A DNA stretch of 64,000 bases from an uncultured bacterium (GTDB taxonomy: Bacteria; Patescibacteriota; Minisyncoccia; UBA6257; 2-01-FULL-56-20), in contig OY970126.1 in the NCBI GenBank assembly GCA_963705915.1, positions 296,306 through 360,305 of the forward strand. The letters are read 5' to 3'. Within the stretch, counting starts at the first letter, position 1. Each line of letters opens with the position of its first letter. The notes below the pieces were generated by a model. That model was not told where the DNA came from and ran no database searches. It worked only from the letters and a program-made list of their open reading frames with translations. Below are positions 1 through 8,030 of this stretch, piece after piece. The translations under genes were made by a program, and so were the position numbers.

Positions 1-820
1 AACGAGCCGGCACCTCGGCGACGATAAAGTTGCCGGCGTGGTCGACGGCGCGGACATAGATATTGCTTGATAAGCTTTGATCTTCAAGAAGATACGGCGA
101 TTGGGCTACGTGCCAGGTTGGATTTGAACCGAATACCCACCCCGTCGGCACTTCCATAACTTCATAATGATCAATACCGGTGCCCTTGTCGTTCGTGGAA
201 AAGACGAGGAAGTACTGGTCATTAAATAAATTTGGATCTTGTTCGATTTGCGGCGTGAAGGGTTCCGGCCCAACGAGGGAATGCTCCGGCTCAACAGGAA
301 TTGCGACCGTGGTCGAAGCGATAAAAACCGGCGTCGACGAAACGCTCGTCGGAATAGTCGTTCCCTGACCATCGTTTGCGAGCACGGTCGCCGCTGCAAC
401 GGAAACCATTCCCGTCCCGGAGGCAATCGGCTGAAGTTCAAGTGAAACAATAGGTCCGGACGAACCATTGAAACCACCGGGGATAATGCCAGCGAGATCG
501 ACTTCGTCCGAGGAACTTGCCGCGGGAGCGGTGATCCAAAAACTCACGATCGAATCGCCGTCGTCCACGAGCTGCAAGGCGAAGAGGTTCGGGGGGAATA
601 CGAGGGACGCTTGAATCGTATTCACATCGCTCCCTTGAGTGTCGAGCGATACGTCAAAACGAACCGGCTGCCCGATGAGCGTGCTTGTTGCGGATGGCGT
701 GATACGAATCACGGCGGCGTGTGCCGGACGACTGCTTATAACCATTCCGCATATCACCACAATTACCGTAAGGGTTGCGGCGGAAAAGGTTCTTACATTT
801 GGCGAGGAAAGATATTTCAT
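1..820 (-). CDS. secreted protein with N-terminal signal peptide and cohesin-like beta-sandwich region; C-terminus lies beyond window start (partial)
   Basis: Manual translation of the minus strand from ATG at 820-818 gives MKYLSSPNVRTFSAATLTVIVVICGMVISSRPAHAAVIRITPSATSTLIGQPVRFDVSLDTQGSDVNTIQASLVFPPNLFALQLVDDGDSIV... with no stop before position 1. The start lies 7 nt below the stop of the 827..2026 gene. It is absent from the ORF track because it is truncated. Confidence 0.6.
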   Translation of the reverse strand, partial: MKYLSSPNVRTFSAATLTVIVVICGMVISSRPAHAAVIRITPSATSTLIGQPVRFDVSLDTQGSDVNTIQASLVFPPNLFALQLVDDGDSIVSFWITAPAASSSDEVDLAGIIPGGFNGSSGPIVSLELQPIASGTGMVSVAAATVLANDGQGTTIPTSVSSTPVFIASTTVAIPVEPEHSLVGPEPFTPQIEQDPNLFNDQYFLVFSTNDKGTGIDHYEVMEVPTGWVFGSNPTWHVAQSPYLLEDQSLSSNIYVRAVDHAGNFIVAEVPAR

Positions 821-826
821 GCTTGA

Positions 827-2026
827 TTAGCCCGTCCAATAATAAGCCATGATACTAAAATCGCGGAGCGTAATCGTCGACGAGCCATCGAGTTCGTATG
901 CCGCCGGCGGGTTCGGTCGGCCATACCAATACGCAAGAATTGAAAAATCAACAAGATTAACTTTGCAGTCACCGTTCAAATCCGCCTTCACGTTGCAACC
1001 GCTCGTCGAGGTGGCTTCCGCGACATCAGCGTCTCCAACGGTGAAGCCTTTCGCAATGCTGTAATTTGATATCGATGCCCCGTTCACCGATTCTGATTTT
1101 GCCGTATGATCGCCGTAGTCCAAATCTGCCGTGTCCAAGTCGTAGACATAAGCGCCGGTCGAGGCGGACGTTGCATTTCCGAAAACCGGCTGAGCAGAAT
1201 CAACTTCAATCGACACGTTTGAATTCGGAAACGACTCTCCAAAGATCACGAGCGTATCCCCTTTTTTTACCTCACTCTTATCGACATCGATGGTCGGCGA
1301 AAGGAATATGCCGGTCACATTGGTTGTCTCACCTGCGCTCACGAATATGGGGAAGGTAAAAGGATTCGACTGTCGTCCCGATGCGTCGTCTGCATAAACA
1401 TAAAAAAGATAATTTCCGGCATCAAGGTTGGAAATGGAAACAAAGAACGAGCCGGTTGGATCGGCGACCGTTTTCGACACGATCTGCCCGTCTTGGAGGA
1501 TTGTCACTTCGCTTGAGGGGTAAGCGAATCCGCTTAAGTCAACGAGGGTTGGTGCCGGATTATATCCGCCACCACCTCCGCCTCCACCACCCCCGCCGCC
1601 ACCACCTCCTCCACCACCACCGCCGCTATTTTGCGAAGGCGTGGTAACACTTGCTTCATTGCTGTAAGCGGAATATACCCCATCTTCGAATGCGCGGACG
1701 CGATAAAAATAGGTGGTGTCGGGAGCGGCGCTGTTGTCCGTATAGGTCGCAACGCCCGTCGTCGTGGTTGCAATTTCCGCATAGGTCCCCGAGACGTCGG
1801 TTTTCCGCTCAACGCTAAAACCATCTTCCGTGCCGCCGGAATTATCGGTCCAGGTGAGCGTCACTTGCGTCGGCGCGTCAGGCACCGCCGTGAGGTTCGA
1901 CGGGGCGTTCGGGGCAACAACCACGATAAGCGAGGTTTGCACGTTCGCAGCAAAAACCACCTTGCCAGCAATAGATGCAAACACCAAAATGAGCGCCCAA
2001 AGAAAAAGCTTTTTCATGTAAAACAA
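827..2026 (-). CDS. secreted protein: signal peptide, fibronectin-III-like domain, 21-residue poly-Gly linker, C-terminal dockerin-like Ca-binding repeat pair
   Basis: ORF track 399 aa. N-terminus MKKLFLWALILVFASIAGKVVFA is a signal peptide. TLTWTDNSGGTEDGFSVERK...YFYRVRAF is an FN3 signature. The C-terminus ADLNGDCKVNLVDFSILAYWYGR ... ELDGSSTITLRDFSIMAYYW matches the duplicated dockerin type-I segment pattern. Confidence 0.8.
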   Translation of the reverse strand: MFYMKKLFLWALILVFASIAGKVVFAANVQTSLIVVVAPNAPSNLTAVPDAPTQVTLTWTDNSGGTEDGFSVERKTDVSGTYAEIATTTTGVATYTDNSAAPDTTYFYRVRAFEDGVYSAYSNEASVTTPSQNSGGGGGGGGGGGGGGGGGGGGYNPAPTLVDLSGFAYPSSEVTILQDGQIVSKTVADPTGSFFVSISNLDAGNYLFYVYADDASGRQSNPFTFPIFVSAGETTNVTGIFLSPTIDVDKSEVKKGDTLVIFGESFPNSNVSIEVDSAQPVFGNATSASTGAYVYDLDTADLDYGDHTAKSESVNGASISNYSIAKGFTVGDADVAEATSTSGCNVKADLNGDCKVNLVDFSILAYWYGRPNPPAAYELDGSSTITLRDFSIMAYYWTG

Positions 2027-2032
2027 TGAATC

Positions 2033-2932
2033 TTATCGCGCTCCTCCCCTACGCAGTCGACGGATGATCGCGATAACAATACCGGCGAGTAGCACCGCGG
2101 CAATGAGCAACCAGACCCATTCCTTTTCAACGTACCGCTCGGTCTTTGATAGCCAATCAGATTTTAGAACGTTAAATACCGTTTTCTGACTCGCCACCAC
2201 CTGATGGTTTTTGTAAAATGTCACGACGCCCCAATATTGACCCACACCCATATAGAAATCGATCGGGAACGTGAGCTCATAATCTTGCACAGTGAACGGC
2301 GGCGTAGTCGGAAATCCGTCGTCTTTTTCAATATACGCAAGCCGCACCGAATCATACTGGTCATAGAGCTCAAAAACGGCGGAGTCGAACGATTCCGGAA
2401 CGTTGCCATCATTCTCAAACTTCACATCAACGAGTGGATCCTGACCTTCGTAAATATCGGGGAACGTAATTCGTTGGACCACATAATTTTCATATACGTT
2501 ATTGCCGACCGTGAGGTTTATGGCAACCTGCGCACCCAAAGCAATAGTCACCTGTCCAGCCGAACTCGGCGCGGTGTCAAATGAGATCGTTCCGTTATAA
2601 ACGCCGAGTGATGCATTTTGTGGAACCGTTATCGTAATAACCACGGGATATTGGTTGGTCCCCTCGGGTATCACAAAATTAAATCCGCGATCAATCGAGA
2701 CCCACGATTTTGCAGGAGCACCAAGCTGGAGATTGGCCTGAATCGGAAGATCCTGGTCGGGCTGATCCTGTACAAGGTAAATAGTTTGCGTGTACGTGGA
2801 TCCCGGCACTAAGTGGCCCGCATTTACAAATGGGGGCGAGACACCGAACGCCGCATGCGTCACCGGGATCGGAAGTAAAAAAAAGAATGCCACTCCCGCA
2901 ACCGCAATGACCATAAGAAAAGCCGGGCGCAT
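2033..2932 (-). CDS. cell-surface protein of unknown function (N-terminal signal peptide, C-terminal TM anchor with basic tail)
   Basis: ORF track 299 aa. N-terminal hydrophobic stretch MRPAFLMVIAVAGVAFFFLLPIPVTHA; C-terminus WVWLLIAAVLLAGIVIAIIRRLRRGGAR. Confidence 0.75.
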   Translation of the reverse strand: MRPAFLMVIAVAGVAFFFLLPIPVTHAAFGVSPPFVNAGHLVPGSTYTQTIYLVQDQPDQDLPIQANLQLGAPAKSWVSIDRGFNFVIPEGTNQYPVVITITVPQNASLGVYNGTISFDTAPSSAGQVTIALGAQVAINLTVGNNVYENYVVQRITFPDIYEGQDPLVDVKFENDGNVPESFDSAVFELYDQYDSVRLAYIEKDDGFPTTPPFTVQDYELTFPIDFYMGVGQYWGVVTFYKNHQVVASQKTVFNVLKSDWLSKTERYVEKEWVWLLIAAVLLAGIVIAIIRRLRRGGAR

Positions 2933-2985
2933 AGGGGTTAGAATACCTTCATTATATCACAAGGGAGCCCTGACCTCGTACCACT

Positions 2986-3927
2986 CTAAGAATGCCAAAG
3001 CGCCTGGAAAACATTCGTACCGGTATAGGTTCCTGTCGGTTGATTATTTGGCACTTGAGCACCCCAAAATGCGGCCTGGGCGACGCTTGTCGTGGTCGTC
3101 GGTGCCGTGAGCAAAAATCCCGTCACGGTGACGGCCGATCCGGAAAGCGGCGTACCGGATCCTGCATTAGTGTAGTTGAACGACGATGTGGCGAACGATT
3201 GATCGCTCGTTGGAATTACGTTTGCACCTGAGGTGAGCGTGGCGAACGCGTAAAGCTGCAGCGAGGTTGATGAGTTACCCGCATTTGTTGAAGTCGTCAC
3301 CTGATCCGTTGCTCCCGTGTTTGAGTTTGCAGCAAGCGTCCCGTAATTAATGGATGACGTCGTCACGTTGAGCGCGAGCAAGGTGTTTAAAGTTTCCTGC
3401 GGACTCGCGTCGCCGGTGCCAGTGGTATTATCAGGCGTTCGGAACATCACCGTAGCCGTCCAATGGTCGCTCGAGAAACTTGACGAAGCATCCGTCGCCT
3501 GGGCGAAGTAATAAACACCAAATGTTGTTGTGGTATTCTGGCTGCCGCTCGAACACGTGCTCGTGGCGGTAAAAGCGGTCGCGACATAACAATTCAAATT
3601 GTTCGGGGTCGTAAGACACGTTGACGATGTGACCCCGGCGCGATACAGCAAAACCGTTGTGGTTCCCCCAGTAATTTCACTGCAACCGTTTGAATCAGTA
3701 ATCGTTGCATTCACGCTCACACTTGTCGTGGCATTTGCGGTGAGCGTTATAGCACTCGAACCATTCAGGGTTACCGCCGAAACCTGAGGTGCGGCAGTAC
3801 CTACAATCACCTGGCTTGTGATGTTTGTGGATGTGGCACCAAGGATGACGTGGCTCACCACAAAAAGGCCCGTGAACATTGATGCCACGATAACCCAAAC
3901 GGCAACCTCAGCCTTGATACCTTTCAT
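2986..3927 (-). CDS. secreted Ser/Thr-rich protein; paralogous to domains of the 3974..7993 giant protein
   Basis: ORF track 313 aa with an N-terminal TM/signal segment. It shares a Cys-containing ~110-aa domain (ITDSNGC..ITGGTTTVLLYR..STC...NCYVATAFTA.STCS...TTTFGVYYF) and a C-terminal INYGTL...LTSGAN..TS...ATS.F block with the downstream giant protein. Confidence 0.75.
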   Translation of the reverse strand: MKGIKAEVAVWVIVASMFTGLFVVSHVILGATSTNITSQVIVGTAAPQVSAVTLNGSSAITLTANATTSVSVNATITDSNGCSEITGGTTTVLLYRAGVTSSTCLTTPNNLNCYVATAFTATSTCSSGSQNTTTTFGVYYFAQATDASSSFSSDHWTATVMFRTPDNTTGTGDASPQETLNTLLALNVTTSSINYGTLAANSNTGATDQVTTSTNAGNSSTSLQLYAFATLTSGANVIPTSDQSFATSSFNYTNAGSGTPLSGSAVTVTGFLLTAPTTTTSVAQAAFWGAQVPNNQPTGTYTGTNVFQALWHS

Positions 3928-3973
3928 TTATATAAGTTTAACAAGTTAGCTATGACTGATATGTGGATAACTA

Positions 3974-6900
3974 TCACTGGCCCGTGAAGGTCACCGTACC
4001 GCTATACGTTCCACTCACGCTACTCGACGGGATGCCGAGGCCCCAATAGATCGTGCTCGAAACGAGCGAGGTCGACGTGGGTGCGGAAAGTGAAAACCCG
4101 GATACCGTCGTCGGACTGCTATTGAGAATCTGTTCACTGCCTCCAAATGTGAACGTTGACGTCGCATAATGCTGTGAACTTGTGGCGATACTGTTTGCGC
4201 CGGACGTGAGCGCCGTGCCAGACAACTGCAGTCCAATCGCGGAATTGCCGAAATTCTCGACGAAGGCTGTTTGATTGGTGGATCCGGTGTTTGTGTTTGG
4301 ACTCAGAGTGCCGTAATTAATCGACGCGCCGCCGCTTGCTCCTTCGAACGTGGCTATACCAGGATCGTTATTGTTCCCGCTTCCCACAAGTGTGCCCGTA
4401 CTCGATGCGTTGACCTGGATCGTTGAGACGATCTGCTGCATGAAGATTTGCTCGTCATCGTTATATACATCAGACGAGGTGGCTTCTGCAATCCAATTTC
4501 CCGTCGGCGTAAGATTGAGCGTATTCGGCGCCGCCGCAAAATCGCCGCCGATCATGAGTTCATTCGCCTGTGTTGTTGTTATTGCAGGGCTTGCCCACGG
4601 CGTGCCTTGCCTACAACAAGAACCCGTAGATGTTGCTTGGTCCAGGGGATTGGTCGTCGTAATCCCGGTATAGTGGGCGGCAATCATGGAAAAATCGGCT
4701 GCTAGGTCATCGCCGGGGATGGTCGAGGATACCGTCGTGACACCCGCAGCCACATTATACGCATACCAAAGGCTATAGCTCCAATGGTTACCGAAATTGA
4801 GTTGCTGATAGGCAAGATGATAGGTGTCCCCCTTATTGTCGGTCGGTGTACCGGGACTCGTATCGCCGTCGACGCCGGAATATACCTGGACGAGAACAAG
4901 CTCCCCTGCATTCGTAGAAGTCGCAAAGGTCACTGTGGAGCTCGTACATCCTGCCGAAGTAGTCCCGCATCTCTCAATCTCCACAAGTGACGGAGTCTGT
5001 GGACCCGTCGATGAAGCTGTGACGCCCAAAGCACTCAAGGTGAGCAACTCCTGGCCTGTCGAGTCTTGCGTGGCGGTTGCGTTGCTCGAATCGGTAAAAT
5101 CAACCGTGCTCATCCAATCTTGCCCCGCATACGTTCCTGAATCGGTCGGGTCGGCAAAATAATAGACGCCGAATGTGGTCGTTGCATTCACCGTATTCCC
5201 GGAACAGGTACTCGATGCGGTGAACGCCGTTGCTACGTAGCAATCTTCATTATTAGGACTCGAACTACATGTGGACGAGCCAACGCCTGAGCGATAAAGC
5301 ATGACCGTGGTTGTTCCACTGGTGATCGCGGTGCAACCATTCGTGTCAGTGATCGTCGTGCCAACACTCACGCTCGTCGTCACGTCCGGCGTGAGAACAA
5401 TGCTCGACCCCCCGTTCACGGTTGTGTTCACAACGGCAAGCGGCGGCGAGGACGATGGCCGCCAGCTTGTGGTTACGTCGCAAACACTGCAGCCAAAATT
5501 GAGATTGCCCGCGACCGTGCCCGACGCGATGCCCGAAAAAACTCCGGTACTGCTACTGATCGTGACGCCGCTAAAATTAATCCAGCCAACATTTTGGCCC
5601 CAAGCATAGCCCTGAAGGTCGCCGAGGCCGTCGTTTGTAACGCCGCTTCCGGAAGGTGCCAAGTTAATCCAGCCAAAATTCTGGCTCCAAGCGTAGCCGG
5701 TCAGCTTGCTGCTATTCACGACCATAGGCGCATCGGCGGTGTTGAAATTTGTCCATGACATTTTATCGCCCCAGGCGAAACCGGGAGCAAGAGTGGAAGA
5801 AGGCGTATAAGCAATGACTATGACGCCCTGGCCGCCACTGCCCCCATTGCCGTCATTCGAAGCTGACCCTCCTGCTCCTGCTCCGCCACCGCCATAGAGT
5901 CCGCCGCTTCCACCATTGGCGCCAGTAGCCGTCGTGACTTCTCCAGCGCTGCCACCACCGCCGCCTGAACCATGAATAGCGTCCCATTCGGTCCCTGCGC
6001 CGCCGTTGCCTCCGACGTTATCGGCAACAACTGCGTTTCCTCCGTTCGCGCCGCCGCCGCCACCGCCGTTTGAACCTGCGCTCCCAGGTGCGCCGTGGAG
6101 CCCACCTGTTCCCGATCCACCAGGGCCGGAATTGCCGCCGTCTCCTCCGGTTCCAGCAGTAGCCCTCCCTCCGTTCGCTCCATTATCAGCTCCTCCGCCG
6201 CCACCGCTAGCTTTATTACCTACAACGTTGCCGTCGTCACCTCCATTGCCTCCATTACCAAATTTCCCTGCCGCCCCGCCACCAGCACCACCTCCTGCAC
6301 CGTTCTGATTAGATGAACCATTCCCACCGGATCCTCCGGCAAAGCAAGTCGCACCAATGCTCGTTGATGAAGCCCCTCCACCCCCTCCAGTTCCGCTGCT
6401 AGCGTTACCGCCGCTTCCCCCGTTCGCCCCGACAGAAGAAGATGCAAGCGTAAGACCGTTAAACCAGGTTCCGCCACCATTCCCTCCTGCCTCTGCTGTC
6501 CCAGTAGCGCCGGCACCGGCGGCCCCAACACGAATATCGATAATTTCCCCCGGGGTCAGCGCGAGATTGGATATTTTACAATAGGCGCCGCCGCCGCCGC
6601 CATCTCCGGAGTCACCGCCGTCATTTATCCGATCTCCGCCACCTCCGCCGCCGATGACTTCGATCGTGTTGCTCGCAGAGTTCCAATCAGAAGGAACCGT
6701 CCATGTGGTCAAGGCCGTGTTTGTAATAAAGATTGGACCGGTTGTATCTCTGAATGTTGCGATGCCGGGAAAGTTGAGCGTGCCGCTGGCCGCCGACCCC
6801 GTACTCGAAACATTATTCTGAATAGATGAGACGATCTGATCTTCGTATGCCATCCCGTTGTTTTCAGCACTGTCCGTTGAAGTCGCTTCCAACGTCCAGT

Positions 6901-7993
6901 TTCCCGTTGCAGAAAGCGAACAGGCACCGGCGGTATTTATATAACACCAATCCTGGCCCACTATAACTTCGTTGGCATAGTTGGTCGTCACGGCACCGCT
7001 CGCCCAAGGTCTAGTTTGGGCTCCGGTTGCCAGCGTTGAAGTTGAAACATCGAGCCATGCTGACGTTGCCATGCCTGTATAATGCGCAGCAATCAACGAC
7101 GCTTTAGTTCCACTATCCCCCGTCCCTGGCGTCGAAGACACCGTGGTTACGCCTGCAGGAACATCCGCCGCGTACCACAACGAGTAGTCGTATTGAGATT
7201 CTATATTCGGAACATCGTAGACTTCGGTATAAATATCGCCCTTGTTGTCAGTGGGCGTACCGATTACAGTGCCACCGCCCCCTGTATAGGCCTCGAGGAC
7301 GATGAGCTCTCCGGCAGTTGTAGGGGCACCAAAGGTAATACTCGTGGTGCTATTTCCGGCTTCAGTCTCCACGAGTGTCGGCGCCCCGGTTGCGGCAGTC
7401 GTGTAGGTGGCATAAATAGTCGGAGCCTCCGCATAAAGACCCCCCCCACTTGGAGCAGTACTCGGAAAAGACGACGCCGTTCCTTGACAAGCGCCGTTCG
7501 CAGAACCACCACAATAAAAACTATTCGCTGGACTGCTGTTATTGTATTCATAATCCATCTGTCGGCCGTTGATGCTCCCACCGCTCGCCTCCGCAACCGC
7601 GAACCAATATTGTGTGCCCGAAGTAATGCTCGCGGTTAGATATGTAGTCACGTTTCCGTAGGTCGCGGGGAGCGGGCTGCCGTTCACGTTTGATGCTATG
7701 AGTGTGCCTGGCTGGCCACTGTTGTCAGTGTATAATGCCACGCCCATAACGTTGCCCGTTGCACCCAAATCGTCTTGTACGTTTTCAAAGGTGACTGAGG
7801 TGAGTGTTCCGTTATCACTTGGCACAGACTGTGCCTTGAAATACATGACGTATGAATTGCCGTCAACACCGGTTGTATTAGGCGTCTGATTGCCAAAACG
7901 CATGGCCTGTTGCGAGGCATACGTTGAAAGCGGCGAGAGAAAAAGACCAAATCCAAGGAGCCCAAAAAATAGTGCGGTAGTTTTTGAAGACAT
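3974..7993 (-). CDS. giant secreted protein with internal domain duplication and ~280-aa Gly-rich low-complexity core
   Basis: ORF track 1363 aa from 8065. The signal-peptide-like MSSKTTALFFGLLGFGLFLSPLSTYA begins at the internal Met (7993), which avoids overlap with the upstream gene. It has two ~125-aa paralogous blocks (TAGELIVLEAYTGGGG... and NAGELVLVQVYSGVDG...) and a GGxGG-rich core. Confidence 0.8.
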   Translation of the reverse strand: MSSKTTALFFGLLGFGLFLSPLSTYASQQAMRFGNQTPNTTGVDGNSYVMYFKAQSVPSDNGTLTSVTFENVQDDLGATGNVMGVALYTDNSGQPGTLIASNVNGSPLPATYGNVTTYLTASITSGTQYWFAVAEASGGSINGRQMDYEYNNSSPANSFYCGGSANGACQGTASSFPSTAPSGGGLYAEAPTIYATYTTAATGAPTLVETEAGNSTTSITFGAPTTAGELIVLEAYTGGGGTVIGTPTDNKGDIYTEVYDVPNIESQYDYSLWYAADVPAGVTTVSSTPGTGDSGTKASLIAAHYTGMATSAWLDVSTSTLATGAQTRPWASGAVTTNYANEVIVGQDWCYINTAGACSLSATGNWTLEATSTDSAENNGMAYEDQIVSSIQNNVSSTGSAASGTLNFPGIATFRDTTGPIFITNTALTTWTVPSDWNSASNTIEVIGGGGGGDRINDGGDSGDGGGGGAYCKISNLALTPGEIIDIRVGAAGAGATGTAEAGGNGGGTWFNGLTLASSSVGANGGSGGNASSGTGGGGGASSTSIGATCFAGGSGGNGSSNQNGAGGGAGGGAAGKFGNGGNGGDDGNVVGNKASGGGGGADNGANGGRATAGTGGDGGNSGPGGSGTGGLHGAPGSAGSNGGGGGGANGGNAVVADNVGGNGGAGTEWDAIHGSGGGGGSAGEVTTATGANGGSGGLYGGGGAGAGGSASNDGNGGSGGQGVIVIAYTPSSTLAPGFAWGDKMSWTNFNTADAPMVVNSSKLTGYAWSQNFGWINLAPSGSGVTNDGLGDLQGYAWGQNVGWINFSGVTISSSTGVFSGIASGTVAGNLNFGCSVCDVTTSWRPSSSPPLAVVNTTVNGGSSIVLTPDVTTSVSVGTTITDTNGCTAITSGTTTVMLYRSGVGSSTCSSSPNNEDCYVATAFTASSTCSGNTVNATTTFGVYYFADPTDSGTYAGQDWMSTVDFTDSSNATATQDSTGQELLTLSALGVTASSTGPQTPSLVEIERCGTTSAGCTSSTVTFATSTNAGELVLVQVYSGVDGDTSPGTPTDNKGDTYHLAYQQLNFGNHWSYSLWYAYNVAAGVTTVSSTIPGDDLAADFSMIAAHYTGITTTNPLDQATSTGSCCRQGTPWASPAITTTQANELMIGGDFAAAPNTLNLTPTGNWIAEATSSDVYNDDEQIFMQQIVSTIQVNASSTGTLVGSGNNNDPGIATFEGASGGASINYGTLSPNTNTGSTNQTAFVENFGNSAIGLQLSGTALTSGANSIATSSQHYATSTFTFGGSEQILNSSPTTVSGFSLSAPTSTSLVSSTIYWGLGIPSSSVSGTYSGTVTFTGQ

Positions 7994-8030
7994 AACGATC
8001 CGTACTTTAATAATACCAGAGAAACGAGCC

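Noticed and set aside
106-477. 123-aa minus ORF, plus several 60-70-aa plus-strand ORFs in 180-830
   Set aside because: They lie inside, and out of frame with, the uninterrupted minus-strand reading frame that starts at 820 and runs off the window. They are arginine-rich translations of a high-GC coding region.
6006-6584. Plus-strand Pro-rich ORFs (PPFAPPPPPP...) opposite the giant protein
   Set aside because: They are antisense reading of the Gly-codon-rich (GGN) core of the 3974..7993 gene. Poly-Pro is the expected mirror artefact.
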